A stretch of DNA of 64,000 bases from Eledone cirrhosa (lineage: Eukaryota), in NCBI GenBank assembly GCA_964016885.1, contig OZ024742.1:160394001-160458000 (forward strand), written 5' to 3'. The translations under genes were made by a program, and so were the position numbers. Under the pieces are notes generated by a model. That model did no database searches and was not told where the DNA came from. It worked only from the letters and a program-made list of their open reading frames with translations. The first letter of the stretch is position 1. The number at the start of each line of letters is the position of its first letter. Shown here piece after piece: positions 54,800-64,000 of this stretch.

Positions 54800-54903
54800 C
54801 AAAGGAATTGTGGTAAGGAACCAGATGGACCATAACGCACCAGAGTACTCAATACCGTCGAAACGGCTTGAGCTCTGCTGTCGGGGTCATACTTTTTCCC
54901 ATT
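54797..54903 (+). mobile_element. Third copy of the 632-850 element, single arm only
   Basis: Same head and ccgtcgaaacggcttgagctctgctgtcggggtc end; TA flanks. Confidence 0.8.
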
Positions 54904-54959
54904 ATATATATATATATATAGTTCAAAAAGACAAACAAACAAACGCAGGAGTCAGTTGT

Positions 54960-55910
54960 ACATATTTGTATTAGGTTCACGCTTGGTGAGAGTGGGGGAG
55001 GTTTTGACGTTTCAGACTTAAGTCCGCATTGGTGCGGCGGATGGCGCGGGCGCGGGTGATGGCGGCGTGCACAAGGGAGGGGGTAACCTCTCCGGGTGAA
55101 ATGACGGACCAGAGAAAGGGCCTGGGTAAAAGTTCGCATTTCGGCTGCAAAGGCGACGGATCTGGAGAAGTTAAGAGTAGGGAATTGAGTGTTTGGTGTG
55201 AGTGAGGGTGGGAGGAGGTAAAGCCGAGGTAGGAGTGGGAGTTAGTAGGTTTGAAGAAAGCGGAGGTGATGAGTGAGCGGGGGGAGGGGTCAATGGTGAC
55301 AGAGATGTCCAAGAAATGGACGGATGTAGTGGAGATGGAGGTGGTGAAATGGAGGGAGGGATGGAAGGAGCAGAGGATGAGAGAAAGGAGCCGAGCTGTT
55401 CTCGGGTGAGAGTCGTGGCCCCGATACAGTCGTTAATATAACGACCATATAGTTCGAGGTGGGGCCAGTGTATTGGGCAAAGATCTGTGCCTCAACATGG
55501 CCAACGAAAAGGTTGGTGTAGTTGGGGCCCATTCTTGTGCCCATGGCTACCCCGGTGACTTGCTGGTAAAATTCACCCGAGGAGGAGAAGTAGTTATGGG
55601 TGAGGATCAGCTCGGCGAGGCGAAGGAGGGTGGAAGTGGAAGGTGATGGGGGAGGCATGAAGAACAAGGGAGTGTTGGAGGGTGCGTAAGCCATCGGCGT
55701 GGGGGCTGACGGCGTATTTTATATCAGGGATTTTATATCAAGGGTGAAGAGGAGGGGAGTTGGGCCGGGTGGAAAGGGGAAGCTGTCGAAAAGGTAGAGG
55801 GCGTGGTTGGTGTCGGAAATGTGGGAAAGGAGGGCGGTGACAAAAAGAGCGAGGATGGAGTCGAAGAGGGCAGAGATTAGTTCGGTAGGGCAGTTGCAGG
55901 CGGAGACGAT
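54960..55910 (-). pseudogene. GC-rich Penelope-like RT fragment (Neptune-like)
   Basis: IVSACNCPTELISALFDSIL, LLRLAELILTHNYF..YQQVTGVAMGTRMGPNYTNLF, FFKPTNSHSYLGFTSSHP; frameshifted. Confidence 0.8.
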
Positions 55911-55927
55911 ATGTGTATATACTATAT

Positions 55928-56135
55928 GGTTGGCCTAGTGGTTAGTGTGTTCGGCTGATGTGAGTCGATTCCTGAAGACGCGTTGTGACTTGCGGAAGAC
56001 ACTTTCTTTCATGTAGCTTTAGTACACTCAGTTGACGAAAAAGAGGACCCACAATAAACTAATTACTGGCTTCGATATGATCGATTTAGGGCGGTGTTCC
56101 AGTAAGTCCTCAGTCTAATGACTAAAACAAATAAA
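55928..56135 (+). mobile_element. tRNA-derived SINE, second family
   Basis: A-box-like tggcctagtggtt, B-box-like gtcgattcc, core aagacactttctttca...cactcag, A-rich tail. Confidence 0.55.
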
Positions 56136-56194
56136 ATAATAATAACAACAATGTATATGCAATATATGTATCTATCTATCTATCTATCTATATA

Positions 56195-56603
56195 TATGTA
56201 TGTATACGTACATACATATATGTATACAGACGTACAGTAGTATGTATATATATACATACATGCACACATATATATATGAACGTATCGGTTTACCGAACAT
56301 TTATTATAATGCTCGGTTTGATTGTTTGTAAACAAACAAACAGCCCGAATTACGCCACACAGTGTTTAGGCAACCACGTTCTGTGGTCGTTCCTGTGTCA
56401 TTGTTGGACAAAAAGGTGACGTGGTTGCCTAAACACTCTACAGCGTAAATCGGGCTGTTTGTTTGTTTACAAACAAACAAACCGAGCATTATAATAAATG
56501 TTCGGTAAACCGATACGTGCATATGTATATGTGTGCATGTATGTATATATATACATACTACTATACGTCTGTATACATATATGTATGTACGTACACATAC
56601 ATA
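56195..56603. repeat. Long foldback: ~185-bp imperfect inverted arms, ~39-bp loop
   Basis: 56195-56379 pairs with 56419-56603; loop plus right arm homologous to 52081-52350. Confidence 0.9.
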
Positions 56604-56668
56604 CATACTTACATTTGGGTAAGTGCCGTGCTAGGAGTGAGAGATGAAATTTCGTTTCATTCTATTCC

Positions 56669-56716
<48 letters not shown>

Positions 56717-56726
56717 CGCTCTCTCA

Positions 56727-56822
<96 letters not shown>

Positions 56823-57106
56823 AAATATGATAATGGAGCTGCGGCGCTGCAAATGGGTTACATATGAAAAAGTTTGTCCTCATCAGTGGCCATCCAACCG
56901 TCGTAGGCATTTCGTCGCATTAAAGGCCATATACCTCAGGTTGGTGCGAGCAACGGCTAAAAAAAAGTCGTTGGGACACGTAAATAAAGGGGACGCTAGG
57001 GTAAACAAACAAAATGGTTTAAGCAGCAGAAAGTGATGAAGAAGGAAACAAGTCCCAGATTTCTATGAATATAAATTCGGTGGAATCGTGAACGAGAGAA
57101 TAAAGA

Positions 57107-57258
<152 letters not shown>

Positions 57259-57260
57259 TT

Positions 57261-58094
57261 CTAAGGCGGGTAAAATTCCCGAGATCCATGGACGAGTTCT
57301 CTCCAGCGGTCTCTGTCCCTCATTATCGCTGCCATGTCCTGCGTCTCCAACAGACCAGTGTCTGTCCTTAGGGCATCAACATACGTTAACCTTGGTCTTC
57401 CTCTTCTAGTGTGTCCATGTAGGGGCTCCCAAAGGAGCACTGAGTGCAATGTCAACTCTGGATGTCGGTGAGCATGTCCAGCCAAACTCAGTCTCCTCTG
57501 TGTCACTTTTGAGCTGACTTTTGGGATGCTCCCATACAGCTCTGAGTTTATTCATCCTCAGTGTATACTGATTAATGTTCAGAGCCATCCTCAGCATTCT
57601 CGTGTAGCACCCATCCACCATCTGAGTGAGTTTCTTTGTCAGTGTCCAAGTCTCAGTCCCATACAGCAGCACAGACTCCACTACAGCAATGAAGAGGCGG
57701 ATTTTCAGGTCTCTACGAAGGTCCGAATTCCACACCAATCTCAAGCTGTGGCACGCCGCCCAGGCCTTGCTCTTCCTCTCAACCACATCATCTTCCGTAT
57801 TCCCAATCTTTGCTCCCAAATACAGGAAGTCCTCAACCAATTCTAGCGGCTTCCCGCCTACATTAGTGATCCCCTCTGGCTTCTCAACATTCTCTACCAG
57901 ATATATTGTTTTAGTCTCATTCATTCTCAGCCCCACACTCATCGACACAGTCTCAACCTCCCGCATCAAATCCTCTGCCTCCTTCACTGTGTTTGTCACC
58001 AAAACTATGTCATCGGCAAATTCAGCATCCGATACCTTTTTCGCCCCAACTCTCCTGCTCTGAGCCGGTGCTACAGTAAAGCCAGAGTCCTGCA
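57261..58094 (-). pseudogene. 5'-truncated RTE-clade LINE (RT C-terminal half) in (TA)n
   Basis: [54 protein letters not shown]; one frameshift near 57530; long TA tracts on both sides. Confidence 0.92.
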
Positions 58095-58111
58095 ATATGT
58101 ATATATATATG

Positions 58112-58231
<120 letters not shown>

Positions 58232-58242
58232 CATATATATAC

Positions 58243-58322
<80 letters not shown>

Positions 58323-58323
<1 letters not shown>

Positions 58324-59651
58324 GTGGTTAAGGATTTCGAATTTGATGTCATCCTCAATGCTGGAAAGTTGGTGATTAATTTCGACGACTCTATTTCGAT
58401 AAAAAAATCTAATAGGTCCCCATTCGACGTGAGTATGGGCGCCAGCGATTCTGCGGAGGTTACTTTATCTTATCGGCCTTTTCCATCTTTTCTTTATCTA
58501 GGAAGAATTTCCCAACGTGGGCAGTGGTTTGTACCGTGATGATGGTCTTTTGACCATGACTAAATGCGGCCCACGTGCTTGCGACAGGTTCAGAAAAGAA
58601 CTCACAGCCTTCTTTAAAGGCTTCAACCTCTTCATCCAGGTTGAGTCCAACCTCTCGGTCGTTAATTACCTCGACGTTACCCTCAATTTATCGAATGGCT
58701 TGCATTACCCGTATAGAAAGCCGAATGATTAAGTCAGTAAGCATTCTAACCATCCTGCCAGCATAACCAAGAACCTGGTAAGAAACGTTTCTTTGAAGCT
58801 TTCCCGTCTATCTACTAACGAGCATATTTTCAACGACCATTCCACATATTACAATGAAGCTCTTGCTCAGAGTGGATTTGTGGATAAGGTAGCATATACA
58901 GAGTACGAGGATAGACCTAGAAGAAATAGATCCCGACGCATTATATGGTATAACCCACCATATAATATGGAGGTGGCCACATCTTTACATTAGCTAAGAT
59001 CTTTCTCTCTCTTATTATGAAGCAGTTTCCCCCTACACACAAATATAGTAACATTTTTAATAGAAATACTATTAAAAATGTCCTACTCTATGACTCCTCA
59101 CCTTGCACATAACATCACAGCTTCAAAATTAGCTAAACTACCTAGCCGTAGGAACACGTGCAACCCTATAGTTAGTACTAACTGTAATTGTAGGAATCGA
59201 GTTGACTGCCCCCTATCCGGGAAATGCCTCTCTAGTAACATTGTCTACAAATGTAAGATCGAAACAGCCACGTCCCGTAGGGCCTACTTAGGGTTAACCG
59301 GCAATAGATTCAAATGTTTATACCATTACTTATTTGTATAGGTAAGTATATATTACCTGTATGTTTTGTGAAGGTACGTATACTTTCTCGTATGTATATT
59401 TGATTGTATATGTTATGGCGTATATATTATATATTCTGGTACATATGCTTTTGGTTAAGGTTATACGTGAGTTTTGCGTCTGTGTATGTATGCGGCTTCG
59501 TACCTATGTAGGGTGTATGTATATGTGTACTTTGTGTTTTGGTTGACGTACGTCTCCGAACATATGTGTATTTACATATCGGTATGTGTGTGCGCTTGTT
59601 ATATACGTATTTATTTATTTATATACGTTTATTTAATTATATGTATACACG

Positions 59652-59686
<35 letters not shown>

Positions 59687-60418
59687 TTTTTTTTATATAT
59701 ATTTTTATGTGTATTTGGTGTATACATTCATTTGCGTGCGAGTACAGGCGTTGCGTGAGTTCTGTATGTGCGTGCAGGGTGTTTTTTTGTGTTCGTGCGT
59801 GTATTTGTATATCTATGGCGAGTGTTTTCGCGTATGCTTTTGTATGTATTTATTTAATTTCAATTACCTCTGTATTTTATTTACTTTATTCTTAACTCTG
59901 AAGCCGAGAATCATTCGGTTTCCTAGTTAGAATTTTAGTCTACGACTTCAGTTATACCATTTACGTGGTTTCGTATTTGCGTGCAATTGTTCTCCCCGCT
60001 ACACATATGACGTATTATTTTCGTTTTTTCCGTTCATTGCCAGAGAACGTCTAATAGAATATTTTGTCTACGACTTCTTTTATACCATAGACGTGGTTTT
60101 GTCTTTGCGTGTAATTGTTTTTCACCGCTCCAAATAATGACGTATTATATTCGTTTTTTTTCCGTTCTTTGCCAGGGAACGTTTCCACGAACCAAAGTAT
60201 CGTCTTCCTGTCTTCCTCCGGTTGCAACGTTTTTTGAAACATTTACTTCTGCGTTCACAGATTGACTTTGTTAGTTTCAGGAGATCCCGTTAAGGGTGAA
60301 AGAAGCGATTCTTTGGTTAAACTTTAATCTGATATTTTAATAAATATTTGCTCTACGGTTCTTATATATTTGATATATATTTATCCTTATCGAGCCCTCT
60401 TTGGATGTTAGACTTTAA

Positions 60419-60420
<2 letters not shown>
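58323..60420 (+). mobile_element. 5'-truncated Penelope-like element: RT/GIY-YIG remnant (58323-~59320) plus 3' tail and pseudo-LTR
   Basis: [73 protein letters not shown]; HHR-like motif at ~60273-60323; TA flanks. Confidence 0.88.
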
Positions 60421-60499
<79 letters not shown>

Positions 60500-60694
60500 A
60501 AGTATATATCGTTAACGGTAATCCGATAAGAGGTCGTGAAAACTACTTATCATGTAAATAAATTTCCTTGTTTGTACATTTGACCATGTAATTCTTCACT
60601 TTTTCAATTTTATATATATATATATATATTATAAAATATATATATATATACAATGATATTAAATAAATGGAAACTATATTTCTAAAACCATATT

Positions 60695-60755
60695 TATTCT
60701 ATTATATATATTTCAAGGGTACCAAAACTTTGGTACGCTATCATCAGATAAAATA
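60695..60755 (-). ncRNA. Type I hammerhead ribozyme in left inverted pseudo-LTR
   Basis: Minus strand tattttat-CTGATGA-tagcgtaccaaagttttggtaccctt-GAAA-tatata-TA-atagaata; 8-bp stem I, palindromic stem III, AUA site. Confidence 0.85.
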
Positions 60756-61449
60756 CGCAGTGTGTTTTATAAATTTTGACATTACCTTAACGGTTCAAGT
60801 TTTTTTTCGTTAGTGAAGGGATAAGAGAAGAAAAGTCAGATATTTCAAATTATTAGTATGAGTATGCAAATGAGGTTTAGATAAAAGGGCTGAAAAAAAC
60901 GTTATTTTAGACGCTATGGAGAATTTAAATAATTATGATAAGTTTTTGTATGCGTAGGAAAGAAGAGAAAGGAAGAAGAGCTAGCATTTATGTTCATTTG
61001 GGGGGAAAAAGAGGAATATGATTCCAGAGTTTAAATTTAAATTTATTTACGTATATTATGAGTTATAATATTGTATATATAATCAATTAGATTATATGAA
61101 GAATTATGTTTGTAAGTATTTTTATCTTATTACATTACGATAGGTTATATGTATATAAAGATCTATATAGATTAATAATTGCGTGTGTATTAGTGTTATA
61201 GAGATAGAAATAATTTACAATTGTTAGTTGTTTATATATCTAATATGAGTTACGAGGGAAGTTGATTTTCTATTTTACTTAAAAAATAGGTGGTTCAAGT
61301 TGTGAGAGTAGAACAATTTGTGGATTCGAAAACTTTTTGCAACATTGAAAATAAGGCACTTATCTAAGCATACAGACTTATCTAGTGATGAATATAATTC
61401 TAACAGCACGTAAAACAGTAATAGAATTTAATAATCATCTCTGGACAAG

Positions 61450-62750
61450 AGCCGACTGAAAAAAAACAATTTTGATATCACTATGGGATCATCCCACTCG
61501 GTGCAACTAACGGACCACGTTGGATTATTTATTAATAATGTACTCCATAGAAAAATGCCAGAGATTACCGGAGGTTTATATCGTGACGATATGTTGCTTT
61601 TAATTGAAAACCATAGCAATAGTTAAATTAATAGAAAAGTAAATCCATAATACAATTTTTCAACAACTACAATCTTTAGTTAAAAATAGAGAATAACTAC
61701 AAAATCGTTAACTTTTTAGATGTAACCTTAAACTTTAGCATAGGTCTTTACTATCCTTTCCATAAAATTAACGACAATCTAAATTATGTAAATTTCAATT
61801 CTAATCATCCTAGAAGTATTAAAAACACTATTGTCAATAGCGTCCAACAACGGATTTCACGCATCTCCGCTAATAAAAATATGTTTGATGATAAGGCTGA
61901 ATATTATAATGAAGCTTTACATAGAGCAGGATACTCGAATAGAATTGAACACATAGATAACAATAACATGACAAATCATCCTAGTATTAATTATAATAAT
62001 AATAAACAATTTAACTTAAACACTAAACAAAAAAACTAGAACTAGAAATAGTATTTGGTACTCTCCCCCATTCTCATTAAGCGTTAACATACCTTTAGCA
62101 AAGCTATTCTTTAAAGCACTAGATACATATTTTCCTAAAGACCACAGATACCACTCTATTTTTAACAGACACACTATAAAACTATCCTACTCTACTACTA
62201 TGAGCATAGCACAAAATATAAATAGCATTAATAATAGAAACTTAAATTTAAACCCTAACCAAACTAACCAAAATAGCAATAATAATATTTCTAACAACAA
62301 TATTCAGAATAATAGTACCGTTCTGAACAACAATAACTCCAGTAAATGTAACTGTAGAATCAAACTGCCCTTTACAAAATAATTGTTTAGACAAAAACGT
62401 AGTTTATAAATGCACAGTTAAAACTAGAGACAAAATGTTTAACTATGTTGGTGCCACTTCAACAACATTTAAACGCTGGAATAACCATAATCATACATTT
62501 AGGAGATTTGATAAAAAATCTTCTACTTCACTTTCACATCTAATTTGGAACTTAAAAGACAACAATATAGACTAATCAATATCTTGGAGAACGATTTCGA
62601 AAGCACCTGCATACCGAAATATGGCTTTATCAAGATTCTGTAAATTATGTATCGAAGAAATATTTTATATAATTAACTCTCAAAACTCTATTAATCTTAG
62701 AACAGAATTATTTTCTTCTTGCAGATATCGCCAACATTCCACGTTCAGAA
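61450..62750 (+). pseudogene. Decayed PLE RT plus GIY-YIG ORF
   Basis: FDITMGSSHS..VGLF, GGLYRDD, VNFLDVTL, SNHP, IWYSPPFS, IKLSYS, CNCR, VVYKCTV..YVGATSTTFK; stops and frameshifts. Confidence 0.88.
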
Positions 62751-63896
62751 CTATTTTTAATTTATAATATTCCTATACACCTTCAAAATGATCCTATCTT
62801 TTTAAAAAATTTAAATGTAAATTTTTAAATATTTTTAATATTTCTAAATTTTTTTAATATCTCTAATATTTCTAATATTTTTAATATATATATTTAATAT
62901 TTTTAATTCCGACATTATTTTAATTCTGACATTATTTTTAATTCTGACATTATTTTTCTAATGACACCCCTCTCTATATATTTTTTTAGATGTAGATTGA
63001 TAATCTTTAAATGACATTCTGAAAATTTATCCTCTTTACGATAGTTCTTCGAAGAGCACATTACGTTTTTCCTCTCTTTTTGTTATTCAAACATTCACAC
63101 ATCTTTCGACTAAAATAATTGATCTCACACAAAATAATATATAATTTTCTCTATATATTTTGGAGTAAATCACTCATCAAATTTAACGGTTAACAAACAA
63201 AATTGGAGTTATCTTTCCTTTCTCAATCGTGCAAACATGAACATATTGTGTTTGATAATCTATATAACTTCGCTAAATCAACAATATTCTGAAAACATTT
63301 TCAATGTTGAACAACATTTTCGAATCCACAAATTGTTCTACTCTCACAACTTGAACCACCTATTTTTTAAGTAAAATAGAAAATCAACTTCCTTCGTAAC
63401 TCATATTAGATATATAAACAACTAATAATTGTAAATTATTTCTATCTCTATACACTAATACATACGCAATTATTAATCTATATAGATATTTATATACATA
63501 TAACCTATCGTAATGTAATAAAATAAAAATGCTTACAACCATAGTTCTTCAAATAATCTAATTGATTATATATACAATATTATAACTTATAGTATAGATA
63601 AATTTAAACTCTGGAATCATATTCTTCTTTTTTCCCCCCAAATGAACATAAATGCTAGCTCTTCTTCCTTTCGCTTCTTTCCTACGCATACAAAAACTTA
63701 TCATAATTATTTAAATTCTCCATAGCGTCTAAAATAACGTTTTTTTCAGCCCTTTTACCTAACCTCATTTGCATACTCATCCTAATAATTTGAAATATCT
63801 GACTTTTCTTCTCTTATCCCTTCACTATCCAAGGAAAACTTGAACCGTTAAGGTATATTTTCCTTGGTAATGTCAAAATTTATAAAACACACTTCG

Positions 63897-63957
63897 TATT
63901 TTATTTGATGATAGCGTACCAAAGTTTTGGTACCCTTGAAATATATATAATAGAATA
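63897..63957 (+). ncRNA. Hammerhead motif in right pseudo-LTR with C3-to-U core change
   Basis: Same as 60695-60755 but core reads TTGATGA. Confidence 0.7.
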
Positions 63958-64000
63958 AATATGGTTTTAGAAATATAGTTTCCATTTATTTAATATAATT

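Larger units (their letters stand above)
60651..64000 (+). mobile_element. Penelope-like element with ~700-bp inverted pseudo-LTRs (60651-61352 / 63297-64000)
   Basis: Arms are colinear reverse complements with scattered differences; they enclose an RT/GIY-YIG remnant and each carries an HHR motif. Confidence 0.9.

Noticed and set aside
55970-56005. CTGAAGA-cgcg...tgcg-GAAG as a hammerhead
   Set aside because: GAAG instead of GAAA, no stem III, and it lies in a SINE head.
56870-56920. Minus-strand GAAA...CTGATGA as a type II hammerhead
   Set aside because: Stem II strands (cgac / ggac) are not complementary and no valid cleavage triplet with stems is present.

Overview
AT-rich animal genomic DNA, probably cephalopod/octopus-like (inferred from dense (TA)n microsatellites, a ~190-bp tRNA-derived SINE, RTE and Penelope remnants and a mollusc-type 5S copy). 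I recognise no intact host protein-coding gene. The centre (~9.8-39.85 kb) is a 30-kb, strongly strand-asymmetric satellite of degenerate AAC triplets. It has a ~45-bp monomer, ~1.5-2.7-kb higher-order units and a ~15.2-kb duplication; its long ORFs are most likely compositional artefacts. The flanks hold SINE clusters, RTE LINE fragments, at least four decayed Penelope-like elements (PLEs), MITEs and a 5S rRNA pseudogene. The main signal the ORF track misses is a set of type I hammerhead ribozyme (HHR) motifs read by eye. Four have intact cores (43694-43787, 52042-52084, 53911-53973, 60695-60755) and several more are variant or degenerate. They sit in PLE pseudo-LTRs and in short non-coding elements inserted in (TA)n tracts, several of which form long foldback palindromes. 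All calls are by-eye; no searches or folding computations were run.
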